Origin: Octopus vulgaris
Taxonomy: Eukaryota
Direction of reading: 5' to 3'
Length of the DNA: 64,000 nt
Assembly (NCBI GenBank): GCA_951406725.2
Contig: OX597819.1
Coordinates: forward strand, 64,294,001 to 64,358,000
The notes under the pieces are model-generated. The model searched no databases and had not been told where the DNA came from. It saw only the letters and a list, made by a program, of their open reading frames with translations. This document shows, in pieces, positions 24,701-38,488 of the stretch; positions within the stretch are counted from its first letter, which is position 1; every line of letters begins with the position of its first letter. The position numbers were made by a program, and so were the translations under genes.

Positions 24701-25319
24701 CATTCTTTATAAATGGTTTGATACAAGCTACTTTTTATTTATCTATTTTTTGACTAGCTTGAGTCAGAGGATATTGGTTAGTATCGTATGTTTTGGTCTT
24801 TCTGCGTCTGTAAATGATAATGGGAATGACCTTTATAATGATGTTGATGATGTGGGTAGAGCAGAAGAGATAAAATCGCTGATAATGATGATGATGATGA
24901 GCAGGAGGAGGAGGAGGGGGGTGTAGAGGATGACGATATCGAAGATGATAGTAGTAGTGGTGGCGGCGGTTTAGTTTATATTATCTGCCAGCTGCAAAAG
25001 AGTTTCCCCGTGTTATATTAACACATCTGAAACGTCGTTTGCATGGTAACATAAAACAGTGCTTTGAAACGTAATTTGAGAATATATATAGAAAGACAAT
25101 ATTGCTGTGGCTTCTGGCTTAATATAAGCACAAAGCTTGAACGGATTTCGAATCAGCCATGTTTACAATACACATACACACACGCACACACATACATATA
25201 CACACACACGCGCGCACACACACATACACACACACACAGAAACACATATATACGCACACACGCACATACGTCTACACATATATGTACACAACACAAACTT
25301 AGGTATAGATATGTATACC

Positions 25320-25473
25320 GTAAGAAGCTTGCTTCCCAACCACATGGTTCTGGGTTCAATCCCACAGCCTGGTAACTTGGGAAGTATCTTCTTCTAGTGC
25401 CTCGGGCAGACCAAAGACTTGTGAATGGGTTTGATAGACGGACACTAAAAGAAACCCGTCGTACATATACATG

Positions 25474-25516
<43 letters not shown>

Positions 25517-25700
25517 AAGTAAATATGTCTCCATTTATGTGTCTGTGTTTGTCTGCCCCCACACCTTCGCTTGAGGACTGATATTGGTCTATACGTACTA
25601 GGCTTACAAAGAATAAGTCCCAGGGTCGATATGTTCGACTAAAAGGCGTGCTCCAGCGTGGCTTTAGTCAAATGTTCGAAACAAGTAAAAGAATGAAAGA
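25320..25700 (+). mobile_element. SINE family A with internal (CA)n
   Basis: GGTTCTGGGTTCAATCCCAC...CCTCGGGCAGACCAAAG...(CA)n...GGCGTGCTCCAGCGTGGC. Confidence 0.85.
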
Positions 25701-25720
25701 ATATGTGTGCGTGTGTGCTT

Positions 25721-25761
<41 letters not shown>

Positions 25762-25827
25762 GTGTAAGTGCTAGAGAGTAAGAGATAGAGAGAGAGAATC
25801 TTTATGCCTGCGTTACTCTTCTACCAC

Positions 25828-26010
25828 CGCTTAACCACCGGTACTGGTATATTTAAGTATCTCGACCTTAGCGATTCGGCTAATGACCTCTATAGAATAT
25901 GTACTCCGCCTTAAAACATAAACATTGCTGTCGATTCGCTCGGTGTAAATTCTTCCACACATTGCTCCAGCAAGGCCGCAGTTAAGTGAGTGAAAGCAGT
26001 AAAGGATAAA
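25828..26010 (+). mobile_element. SINE family A 3' half, old
   Basis: CTTAGCGATTCGGC...ATAGAATATGTACT...GCTCCAGCAAGGCCGCAG. Confidence 0.6.
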
Positions 26011-27056
26011 ACATACATATACGTACACGTCTCTGATGTATGAATGGAGCAAAAAATCAATGGTAGGTATTTAATCGATTAATCTGACGCGATTAATCTG
26101 CTTATTTCATTGACCAATAAATGAATGTTGCCTCGCCGATATTTCATCGCAGAGCGGATGGATTCAGGATAAACGATGCCAAGAATTCGCTCACATATCC
26201 ACACAACAGGATTTAAGTATATGTATATACGCGCGCGTGTGTGTATATACGTATATGTGTGTCTCTGTGTGTATATATATATGTGTGTGTGAGTGTGTTT
26301 GTGATTAGATATATATATGTGTGTGTGTGTGAGTACATGTAAGGCTATTTCTTCTGTTACGAGAATGACGGTGACTTCGAAGTTTCGGCCAATTTCGCCA
26401 TCGTCGGTCTGCAATCCATTGATGTTAATCTTGGTTTTACATAGCCTCTGTAAAGCTACAATATTCCTTGGCTATGTGCGTTCAAGTGGAAAGACAATGA
26501 GATTTTATTGTGGTTTGCATTATATTTAAAAAAATTAAATTTAGGGTTATTTTATTATTTAGAATTATTTATGCACGTAGAACTTTGCATGCTGGTTGTA
26601 ATATTTAGGTTTGTCCTGTTTGATAGTTAGTTATAAGATGGTTAGCAGTTTGAGTTATTTTTGACTTAACCAGTTTCGATCCTTTTCTTTAACGATACAA
26701 AATACACGAAAGTACAACGTTTATCTCGGTATTTAAAAACATATTAACCGGTCACGCTATCCTTTTGGTATTTTAATGCTTAGGCGTTCACAAAAGAATG
26801 TATGTAAGTGTTATGCTTTAGCTGGTCAGTTATTGACTTGTCGTTATATCCTAGTATTTCCTGTCTGTATTTTGAAGTTGAGGGGTTATTAGTCGGGCAT
26901 ATCACGGAGTTGTTAGATTAGATTTTGTTTATCTTGTGCTTTGATATGCAGAAAGGGATGTGGGTAGATGTAAAGTTTGTTGGTCGGTGCGTTTCTCTCT
27001 ACGGTAGCCTCATTCGAAAATTTAGACATACGACAGTTTATTGTAATAGCAACGAT

Positions 27057-27098
<42 letters not shown>

Positions 27099-27128
27099 GT
27101 ATGTATATATATATGCACATATATATGG

Positions 27129-27159
<31 letters not shown>

Positions 27160-28052
27160 CATATATATGTATATATGCATATATATATATATATATGCGT
27201 GCACACACACACACACTATAAAATGGCAGTGCTCTACAGAACAATGTTACTACATTTTAACCCCAGGAAAACGATCCTCAGCTAGTTAACGACACACAAC
27301 TTGTGTTCGATATATTGTTAGTAAGGGAGCGAATCATTCCCCTCTAGCTTGGTAAGACCAGTAGTCCATGTTTTCTGGTCTTTACTTTGTAACGGTATTG
27401 GATACCTGCCTGCTAGAGATGGTAGTCAAACATCGCTACCCCACGAAACCCTGCGGTGTCCTTAAATATACATATTTCACATATTACTCGTTACACTGAA
27501 GATATCTTACATAGCGAAATTACTTGAAGCTGGAACAATTATGCGAAGAGAATTTTAAATGTAGAAGCCCAAAATATATGAAATCACTATAAACCAGAAA
27601 TTTCATTTCAAAAAATGATAAGAACTGCTAAAAACTAAACAACTGGATATTTAATCACGTAGTCGGCAGTTTTCATTCCAAGCTCCATTATCAAACTAAT
27701 GTGTTACATTATATACATTTGAAAAACTATCATATTGCTGTGCTAGGATATATCTTCCCTTGCTGAGAAGGATACTAGTCTTTCTCAGCTATTATATTGC
27801 ACAAAGGAAAAAGTTTCGCAAACAGCCATATGCATATCTATATAATCTGTATCAGTAAGAAGCTTATAAAGGACTTGATTTTCCTTTTCTTTTTGTACTC
27901 GATGGTCTGATGTTTATTTATCATGACATTTTAGTACTCTCTGAAGGTTATTTGGTTGCAAGTTATTCAGAAATACTTCGGTAATTTCTCCTCCCCTTCC
28001 ATATGAACATTTTCTCAACAGCTGGCTTCAGTTCAGGATGTTAAAAGTAGCA

Positions 28053-28106
<54 letters not shown>

Positions 28107-28107
28107 T

Positions 28108-28160
<53 letters not shown>

Positions 28161-28469
28161 TACACACACCCATATTCTCACTCTTTCACCTTCTCCACCT
28201 CTCTAAATCTCTCTCCCCACTTCATTCACTAAAAATATAAAAACAAGCAAAAATCTGCAAATTACATTTCTGATGGAACAACAGTAGTAGGTGAAAGCGC
28301 TTAAATATGTAATTGAATATGGGATTTGAAGAATTAATATGTGATATGTAATTATCACACATTATATATTTTTTATATACAACCATCCACCATTCTCAAC
28401 GCCTGTTTCTTTCATATATATATATTGAGAGAGAGAAATATAGATATATATGCTCACATACATGTACAC

Positions 28470-28890
28470 GCATACATACATACGCACATACATACATACA
28501 TACATATATACATGCATACACATACATACATACATACATACATACATACATACATACATACATACATACATACATACATACATACATACATACATACTTA
28601 TATACATACACACATACATAGGTACATATATATCATGAACTAACTGTTACTTTCTCAGATGCAGCACGAAGTTTTGTCAGTGAACAGGTCGCATCTCAAA
28701 GCGACGAAAATATTTTGACAAATTAGATTTAAATATTGAAGTGTATCTAACGGTTTTTCTGTGTTTCTTAAACGGCTTATAAACATCTTCCACTCTGCAA
28801 TTGTATATATATATATACATACATACATACATACATACATACATACATACATACATACATACATACATACATACATACATACATACATAC
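28470..28890. repeat. Two (ATAC)n tracts (28470-28620, 28817-28890)
   Basis: Seen directly. Confidence 0.9.
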
Positions 28891-28936
28891 GTATATGTAT
28901 ACCTACATATATATATATAAATATATGTGTGTGTGT

Positions 28937-29230
28937 GAAAGCGCAATGGCCCAGTGGTTAGGGCAGCGGTCGGAGGATTGCAGTTTCGATTCCCAGACTG
29001 AGCGTTGTGTGTATTTATTTAGCGAAAACACCTAAAAGCTCCACAAGCTCCAGCAGGGGGGGGGGCTTGGGGCGTCCTATGTTGTACTCTTTCCCCACAA
29101 CTTTCTCTCACCCTCTCCTCCTAGTTCTTGAGTAATGCTGCGATGGACTGGCGTCCCGTCCAGTTGGGGGTAACACATACGCCATAGAAACCGGGAAAAC
29201 GACCCTGGCTAGGCTTGAAAAGGGCGACGT
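28937..29230 (+). mobile_element. tRNA-derived SINE family C with V-domain-like segment
   Basis: A-box TGGCCCAGTGGTTAG, B-box GTTTCGATTCC and V-like CTGCGATGGACTGGCGTCCCGTCCAG. Homologous to 36451-36725. Confidence 0.85.
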
Positions 29231-29339
29231 TTATCGTTATATATATATATTTATTGGTTATTTATGTATTGGTTTATGTCTATCACTGTTTGAGTTGCAT
29301 AATAGTGGTTTTATCTCTAATTTATATTATATATATATG

Positions 29340-29396
<57 letters not shown>

Positions 29397-29603
29397 GTGT
29401 GTGTATGAATATATGTGTATATCATAATATTATTCCACAGCCATACCGAAAATCCAATATGCTTCCATCATCAGCTGCCCCACGGATATCATTATGGTTT
29501 TGGAACTTGGGCAGCACCATTCAATCCAGCGGTGTCAACATCTCTAAAATTAGTGTTGTTTTGGGAACAAACCAAAGAACCCACAACTCTCAAATATATA
29601 TAT

Positions 29604-31205
29604 ACACGCTGGTCAAAATAAGTTTAAGACCAATGTTGGCAGTTCTATTTGTTCATTAATATATTTTGAAGAAAACTGTATAAAATTATTATACTTTTTT
29701 CAGCTTATGTAGAATATTTGTCTCTTTCGAATGTCACAAATGTAATATCTCTTTCTACAATTTGAATAATTTTAATGCGCAATTAAAGCAAATAATTAGA
29801 AATTGCTGGTAAAGTAAGTTTAAGACCGTACCAAGATTATGAAAATTCATTAAGTAAATTGGTTATCATATGGCTCGTTGTACTGCACTGTTTTGTTTAA
29901 TAATCGAGCATTGTTACACATTAATTCGCTGCGGGAAAGCCTCGTAATATCAACCCATGTACTAGATGAATGATAGTGTTGCTTCATCAGCAATGTGTCA
30001 GGATAAAAGAAAACGAATTGTGTTTAAGCATGGAAGCTTTACCAAGCCACTTGCCAATACAAATATCGCAAAGAACAGGAGCTCCGAGAAAAGCAACAGT
30101 AGAGATGGATCGGTGAATTTACTGACTCTCTAAAGGTAACTGAATCCTAACAGCGGTGGATATTTGAAAGCAATTATATGATGTAACTGACAGCTTTACA
30201 CCACAAACTCTCAGAAACGGCCTAAACGAATTTGGACTGTTCGGCCGGACAGCTCGAAAGAAGCCGATTATTTCTGAGATGAACTGGTGGACGAGACCAA
30301 GTTTGCTAAAAGCCATGTTGAATGGACGGCCGATGACTGGTCAACAGTTCTTTGGAGCGAGGTATCCCGCTTCTTCCTTTTTGGATCAAATACAGAGACT
30401 TATGCTAGACGCCGTCCAACTAAAGAATTCTATCCTAAGTGTGTCAGGAAAACGGCGCAAGGAGAAGATAAGGGAAGGGGTAATGTTGTCGGCCGCATTC
30501 AGCAGCTCAGGTGTCGGCTTATTTGTTAGGTTTGATGGCAGACTAAACAGTGTAGTCTTTCTGCAATTGGTAAATGAAAATGTTCTCCCATATAATCAGA
30601 TGCCATCGGGAACTATTTTCCAGCAGGAAAATCGCCACGTTCATAAGTCTAGGAAAGTTTTACTATATTTTGAGCACAATAATAAGGTTGTTATTGACTA
30701 GTCTCCGCAGAGTCCGGAATTTAATCCGATATAAAATTTATGGAATTAGGTTTAGAGGAGTTCATGCTAAAAAAAAAAAAAAAACAAATTTGTCCCAATC
30801 ATATAATTTCGTTGAAGAAATACGATAGAACATCCCAAGTGAATTTTGTGCTATTTATCGAACTCCATTACTCGCCGTTGTAAGGCTGTAATTGAAAATA
30901 ATGGCTATAGAACTAGATACTAATAATAAAATTTTATTCGTTAGTCATTTGTACCGTAAATTTTCAATTTAAAGAAAATAATGTTGCCACGGTCTTAAAC
31001 TTATTTTGCCTACAAATTTTAATCATTTAAATTTATTGTGCAGCAGAATTATTCAAATCGTAGAAAGATATAACGCCTATATCATTCGAAAGAGAAAGAA
31101 ACTCTACAAAAACTGTAAAATGTAAAATAAATTTATACAGTTTTGTTAAAAATAATTAATGAAGGAATACAACTTTCATTATTGATCTTAAACTTATTTT
31201 GGTCA

Positions 31206-31208
<3 letters not shown>
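29604..31208 (+). mobile_element. Full-length decayed Tc1 (DD34E) transposon with ~225-bp IR/DR terminal repeats
   Basis: TIRs ~29604-29829 and ~30990-31208, each with inner and outer AAA(A/G)TAAGTTTAAGAC repeats. Transposase remnants: GLFGRTARKKP, FAKSHVEWTADDWSTVLWSE, VMLSAAFSSSGVG, IFQQENRHVHKS, SPQSPEFNPI*NLW. Lies in a TA context. Confidence 0.93.
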
Positions 31209-31282
<74 letters not shown>

Positions 31283-32329
31283 TATATAATCTTCAGTTAA
31301 ATGCCGAACGTTTATGTTCAGTAACCATCTCTGGCAGGCGTTCATGCGAGTAGAAGATACATAGTAACTCAAGGGTCGCATGATTGATGTGTTGGAATTT
31401 GTCACGCAGCAACTTCTGCCGATTATCTCTAATACAAACTCTATATACTTATGTTTTCACATCTCTTGCTTGCATCTACGAACCTTTCCATAATTGCACA
31501 CGCACACACACACACACACTCACACATATGTACTTACGTACACACACAGACACACACTCACACATATTTATATACGGTGTATCTTATTATGTGCAATTTG
31601 GAGACATATAAAACTAATACCTATGTTACAGAACAAAACGAACACTATTGAAACTCTATTGAACAATAGGTATTTTATCAAAACAATATATGAATCCAAA
31701 GATCAATACACGCAGAAATACTATACAAAATATACGTCAGACGCTGCACGTATTGAAAACGCGCAGACGAGACGTCATTTGAATGATAGAAATGAAAGTC
31801 GTATCCAAACTACAATAAAGGTAAGTATATTAACAATATCTTTTAAATCAGGAAAGAGAATATGCTGCATCAAACCATAGAGTAATAAGTACAGTCGCTA
31901 ACAAGCTTCTGACGGAAGAAAAATCGATGTATTAATTCGATTACAAAAGAATATTTTGAAACGAAATGACTCTCAATGTTGTATGCGTTATTAGTTTGCC
32001 ACACGTGATGGAGCTCACGTAGTAATCTCATCGACCAGGAAAGGTGTAGTTATAAGCTAGAAAATGAATCTGGATGGGGAATCATTAGTGAAAATGTATG
32101 CTAAACATTACACATATTAGCCCTAAAATGTAAAAAAAAATAATGTAATTAAACGTTGATCGAATTAATTATTTAGGAGAGAAAAAACAAAGAAAACATT
32201 TAGCAGCTTGTAAATAACATGATTCTAACGTGCAAATTTGATTATCCATTGGAAGAGCTCCTAGAAAAAGTACCTTCTACATCCATGTTAACTCATAGGG
32301 TCGGTTATACCAGTTTCAAGGGCGAATAT

Positions 32330-32454
<125 letters not shown>

Positions 32455-32460
32455 TATATA

Positions 32461-32595
32461 CGACGGGCTTCTTTCTGTTTCTGTCTATCAAATTCACTCA
32501 TGAGGCTTTAGTGTGCCCGACGCTACAGTAGAAGACACTTGCGCAAGGCGACACGCAATCGGACTGAAATCGGAACCATGTGGTTGGGAAGCAAA
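32461..32595 (-). mobile_element. SINE family A 5' half
   Basis: Reverse complement TTGCTTCCCAACCACATGGTTCC...CCTTGCGCAAGTGTCTTCTACTGTAGC...GAAGCCCGTCG. Confidence 0.85.
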
Positions 32596-32655
32596 CATAT
32601 ATGTATATATATATGTATATATATATATGAATATACATGCATATATATATATATA

Positions 32656-32730
<75 letters not shown>

Positions 32731-32939
32731 ATGTATGTATATATATACATACATATTTGATGGAAGCCCTTGTAAACGACAAATGAGAGTTCAATAAAAT
32801 AGAACGTTGATCATATTCTTTGGAGATACGAACCTGTCTCTTGAGGCCAGCAGGCGGCTTGGTGCAAACTTTTCAGGACAAGTTAAAGACTCTGTTTGCT
32901 TCAGTTCTTGTGGATTATTTACAATGTGCTTTGTGGAGT

Positions 32940-32977
<38 letters not shown>

Positions 32978-33737
32978 TTTGGCTATGTATAATCCTCTTC
33001 AGGTTACTGAAGCTTCATTCATATATTGGAGTTTAAAACGCGTTACGAAACTAAACGAAGAAATAGTGGCAAATGCACGATGATGCGTCAGGTGATTTTG
33101 GACATTATGTGAAAAATACCATATAATGCTTCACGAAGTTTACAAATTTTTCGTTTGTAATCGAATTTATATAATACGTAGGCAATGAGGCACTTGTTAG
33201 TAAGATTCTATGACATATTTCATACTAATTTGACATATTTCATACTAATTTATGGTTTCAAGAAGAGCATATCGTCTGCTGCTTTACGAGGGTATTAATG
33301 AAATATCAATATATTGTATAATTAATATGCATTTGATTAATATCACTCTCAGTCTAAATTACGAATAGTTTAAAACAGTGTGATAAGCGATGTATATTTT
33401 GAATAGTGTATCTTCCTTTAATCATATGTGAATTTGTCTATTAATTACGGTAAACATTGTTCGTTAGTGTTTGTTTACTCTGGCGATTAAATTAAAATCT
33501 ATCGGTGTATATGCTCATATAACTCTATTCATTTGCGGCGTGTGTGTATATGTATACAAGTTTTATCCACAGCTGAGTATCTCTACAAAGCGATGTTACG
33601 TTGTAAGATGTATTCTCGATGCAAACTAGCATATGTCTGTGTGGGAATACAATAACCTTCGTATATAATACGTATATATGTGCTTGCATATACATAGATA
33701 CATACGTCTATACGTATATACATAAACATGTTATATA

Positions 33738-34535
33738 CGCAGAATGCCATGGGTAAATTGTCGCCATTTTATAATTTTAATTTCACGCATGCGCATTGTT
33801 TATTTTTTTGTGTTTGTAGATTACATAATATAGTAGGGTCAGTTGGGCACCATCTGGGAGGAAAACAGCACCATGACGTAATTCTTCCTGCCATAAATTT
33901 GGAAAGACATTCCGAACTGCTTGGCATTTCAGCCGGAAGCTCCAATACGAACATTTCAGCAGGTTTAGGTTTACAGTGCAATCTGAGCACATGTACCGAG
34001 AGTGATAAAAAATCAAACACCCCATCAACATCATGGTGTTTGGAGTGATTATTAGCGATAGCAACGTTATGCCTCCATTCATCTTCCCACAAGGTCTCAG
34101 GATCAAGTGGGTGGTTGCTGGAAACCCCATATCTGGCAACAATAACCTGAACATGCCACACATGCAGGAAATCCCAGTTATATCTGTCAGACAATTTTTC
34201 TAACGACATCACCCCTAACGTCTAGCTACCAAACTCCCCATACTTCAACCCGCTTCAGTATTATGTATGAGGAGCAGGTGAGCGAGAGAACAAAAAAAAA
34301 AAATTTCAAAGCATCATGGCAGCATTAACTAACTTGAATATGGAATTTTCCCAGAAGACCTGCAGGAGATTCCGAAGTCGTCTGGAGGTCGTGGTTCAAG
34401 TAAATGGCGATTTTATACTCTTTAGTATTTCAAGATATTTTAATGTAATTTTGGTAAATATATCTGTTAAAATGAGATGCCAATATTATTTTCATTTTTG
34501 CGTAATTTAAACGAACATTTATTCACCGCGCCCTA
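33738..34535 (+). mobile_element. Deleted maT/DD37D-like Tc1-mariner relic
   Basis: Frameshifted KHPINIMVFGVIISDSNVMPPFIFPQGLR, IWQQ and LPNSPYFNPLQYYV*G (cf. WPPNSPDCNPLDYYVWG). Weak terminal inverted similarity. Confidence 0.75.
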
Positions 34536-34900
34536 TGTGTGTGTTTGTGTGTGTGTGTGTGTGTATGTGTGTGTGTGTGTGTGTTTTGTGTGTGTTTGAG
34601 TACAGGTAGCTAGCGAGATAGACTGATATATGCAGATATGTATATCTTCAAATCGATGTTGAGAACTATGAGCTCACTTGTATATTTATATGTATACATT
34701 CAGAAGGCAAACATGTATATTTGAGCATTTGTACAAAAGCGATGCATTCAATCATGTACAACAGTAACCCTACTGTATAAGCAAATACTTTAAACTGATA
34801 TGAAACAGAAATCTGTTCTTCATACTTGACTTCATTCTAATGTTTAACATTATCTGAGGAAAGAACTCGCTGAACTTGGAATCTTTTAATCCTAACATTA

Positions 34901-34933
<33 letters not shown>

Positions 34934-35216
34934 GAGAGAGAAAGAGAGAGAGCAATGCAAAAATTCTCCAACTTCAAATTTTGAGAATAATAGAATTAGC
35001 TATACACTGTTGATGAAGAATAGAAAATAATGCATCCATATACCGTGTGCGGTGACCTGTGAAAAAACGACATTACATATAAGTTTGCTTCAAAGTACAT
35101 ATTTACACAAACATGTACACTGCCTTGCAGACAAAGACTCTCACACGTATAAATCCATATAAACATGGACACACAAATGCATTTATAATGATTAGTATAT
35201 GAATATGCATATGTAA

Positions 35217-35265
<49 letters not shown>

Positions 35266-36450
35266 AGATCGTATATCCGAAAGAGAAGCAGTCGAAACGT
35301 TAGAGCAGCAACGTATTCATATCATATGTCTCACCATTTTCCCTCTCCATATATACTTTAGTATATAATATACATGAAATAAAGCATACAGACACACACA
35401 CCCATGCAGTTTATTGTATTTATTATATTTTATCTTATCATTCCTCAAAGTTTAAAGTAATACTTTATAGTATATATAACTATGAAGCAACCTTCGATAA
35501 CCTCTGTGTATAATTCCGCTACTCATATAAATACATACATTACTCAAACTACATGCTTTTGTACACATACTTTTATACTTTACACTTTTATACTGCATAC
35601 AACGACAGTCACAGAATAACTTCCCGCACGCATATACGTTTGTGTCTGTGGGTTTGATACTTGTGAAGGTTTACCTACAAGCCTATATCTATAAAGCAAA
35701 GGTAAAAAAAAAATGTTCGCCACACCTCCATTTCTCGTGCATAACGTACTACCGTTTGAAATGTCTTAATTGTAGCTCAACAGCCACCCCACACTTGCGC
35801 ACGCACACACATTGATAAAACAGAAATGCATTTAAAATGTTTCAATATCATGACATGCTACGGTTACAAGATGACCAAATACAGTTTCAAATGCAAGGAA
35901 GAGACTTTTGTGTGAAAAGTCTGAGTTAAGACGATGACATGATTGTAAAAGATTTAAACACCCCAGATAGAACAAATATGAGAAAAATTGAGAGAGAATT
36001 TCTATTTGTTTACAGCTGTTTCAATATTTATTCAATATATATCACATCAACATTCACACACATATAAAATATACATGTAAATATATATGCATGGTTTCAC
36101 CCGTATTTGCTGAGAAGTAAATGTACTGGCCTTATCTTCAGAACGATTCCCAATACTCCAAAACATAATGTCGACCTCACGGTGCAATCTCACTAAATAT
36201 AGGACCTAAAGCGTAGATCTACTTAGCAAGTTACGATTAATGATTTGCTTAAGGAAGTAAAGGTCAAGGACATATACAAATGCAGAGGAAGATACTGTAT
36301 ATAAATGCAATAAAGTAAATAAATTAATTAGTTAATATATTTCAAAGAAATTGACTTCGTAGGCAGATGTACGTACTAAAATAGGACTGCTTTCTGAAGA
36401 GAGGTAGGTTGGCATTCCATTATTAATTAAAGTCAGTGTTTCTCAATTTG

Positions 36451-36725
36451 TGGAGGCGCAATGGTCCAGTGGTTAGGGCAGCGGACTCGCGGTCGGAGGA
36501 TCGCGGTTTTGATTCCCAGACCGGGCGTTGTGTGTGTTTACTGATCTAGAAAACACCTAAAAGCTCCACGAGGCTCCGGCAGAGGGTGGTGGCGAACCCT
36601 GCTGTATTCTTTCGCCACAACTTTCTCACACACACTCTCTCTCTCTCTTCCTATTTCTTGAGTAACGCTGCGATGGACTAACGTCCCGGCCCATGAGCTT
36701 GGCTAGGCTTGAAAAGGGTGACGCT
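36451..36725 (+). mobile_element. SINE family C
   Basis: GGAGGCGCAATGGTCCAGTGGTTAGGGCAGCGGACTCGCGG...GGTTTTGATTCC; homologous to 28937-29230. Confidence 0.88.
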
Positions 36726-37413
36726 TCTCAATTATTATTTTTCTTTTTGCTTACGGACCTTTTCGATTTTAATATAACTCTATTGGTCTCCCATAGACAT
36801 TTGCTGTTTTTAAAAAAAGAAACATTATTATGTTTTCGAAATTACACTTTATTATGGATTGTATATAAAAGCTGTTAAATTGTTTTGTGCACTGTAGATG
36901 TATAAACAAATTGTTGTACTCGAACTTCAACATCAAAATCTAAGATGCCTCCCCTAAATATCGGGCCGAATGGAGTCCGGTTTAGATGAATGAATGAATA
37001 AATAAATAATGAAGATGTCATATGGTCAGTGAAGAAAATCAAATGAATAAATGAAACAGGCAAATAGATACGGTAAGGAGTATCGGGGGAGACAAAAAGG
37101 GGAACAAAACACGCTTAGAATAAAAAAGAAGAGCTTAATCTCAGGGAATTCACACACTACCAAGATTCTAGTATGGCAGCTATTTTCTCCAAAAACATTA
37201 AAGCTATATCAGCTTATACACACATACACATTACGTGAATAATGACAAGCGCATTAGCACGAACACGCATTCATTCATATGTGATCACCAGCAAGAACGT
37301 TCACATACGTTTATACATATACATCTAGGTTCACGCTCAGACACATGCACATACATTACAACATGCTGCACTAATGACATATATATATATATATATATAT
37401 GTCATTCATTTTG

Positions 37414-37473
<60 letters not shown>

Positions 37474-37550
37474 TATGCAAAACGAAGGTTAGCAAAACGG
37501 GGAAACTTTCAGTTGATGTATTTATTTTTATATATAACTATACAGATAAG

Positions 37551-37970
37551 AAGTATTTTTCGTAACCATTTCTAAACATGGTTGTCCAGTCGAACGGAAT
37601 TTATAAACGATTGTTTGATCCCACGAGGACATCACCTCTACCTGGTTAACGATGCACAGCTGCATCCGAGATATTGCAAGAGATGGCATTAGCTGACTTC
37701 TGATTGCAATATATATAATTCCAAGTTAACACAGTCGCTGAGTTTGCAACAAGCAAAAATGCTAGTTCTAAAATCACACTCATAGATCACCGCAACAGTT
37801 GTACTAACAAGTGATGTTAGCGGTATGAGTTCGCTCCTCAGCTCGCAATATATCGGATGCAGCTGTGAATCGTTAACCAGCTAGAGGAGATGTCTTGTTG
37901 GGATAAAAAAAAATTGCATTAAATTTCGTTCGATCGGACAGCTATGTAAAAGTGGCTACGAGCATTACTT
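37551..37970. mobile_element. MITE/foldback element with ~130-bp imperfect TIRs
   Basis: CTGGTTAACGATGCACAGCTGCATCCGAGATATTGC versus GCAATATATCGGATGCAGCTGTGAATCGTTAACCAG; the outer arms are also complementary. Confidence 0.85.
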
Positions 37971-38041
37971 AGTACAGCTACTGCAGTACTCTCTTAAAGA
38001 GTCTTTAGAACTAGCATATGTATATATATATATATATAATA

Positions 38042-38332
38042 TAATGTGACAGTCCCATGAAATGGAAGAATGCTACTGCTGTTTAGCCCTAGGAAACACC
38101 GTTTCCTCTTGGTCGTGACAAAGTTTGACAGCTAGCAATCCATGCAACTCCAGACTTATGATAAGTAATGATTCTGAAACTTGTCTCTGCATGCTGACTT
38201 TGCTGGATGGAGGTGTTTATCTCCACTTGGTAAACATAAAGACACAGGAAATGTGTCAAGGCCAACGGGAAACGTTGTTTCCTAGGGCTAAATAGCAGTA
38301 GCATACATCCCTTTCATGTGACTGTCACATTA
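38042..38332. mobile_element. MITE with ~78-bp TIRs
   Basis: TAATGTGACAGTCCCATGAAA...GCTACTGCTGTTTAGCCCTAGGAAAC versus GTTTCCTAGGGCTAAATAGCAGTAGC...TTTCATGTGACTGTCACATTA, with TA or TWA flanks. Confidence 0.9.
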
Positions 38333-38488
38333 AGTTGGCAACATGCCATCACTTTATTGTGCTGCTACTCTGTAAATCCCACTGAGAGATTTAGAGAAGT
38401 AATATATATATTGATTGATTTTAGTTTCAGCTCATGAGCTGTGGCCATGCTGGGGCACCGCCATTTGGTGTTGCTACATGGTTTTACT

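Noticed and set aside
27496-27530. CTGAAGA...GAAA box (similar traces at 10364, 33006, 35277)
   Set aside because: Stems or core are too degenerate to call individually.
33211-33250. Perfect 20-bp tandem duplication (also small duplications at 10317-10363 and 43225-43342)
   Set aside because: Ordinary slippage or an assembly artefact; no further structure.
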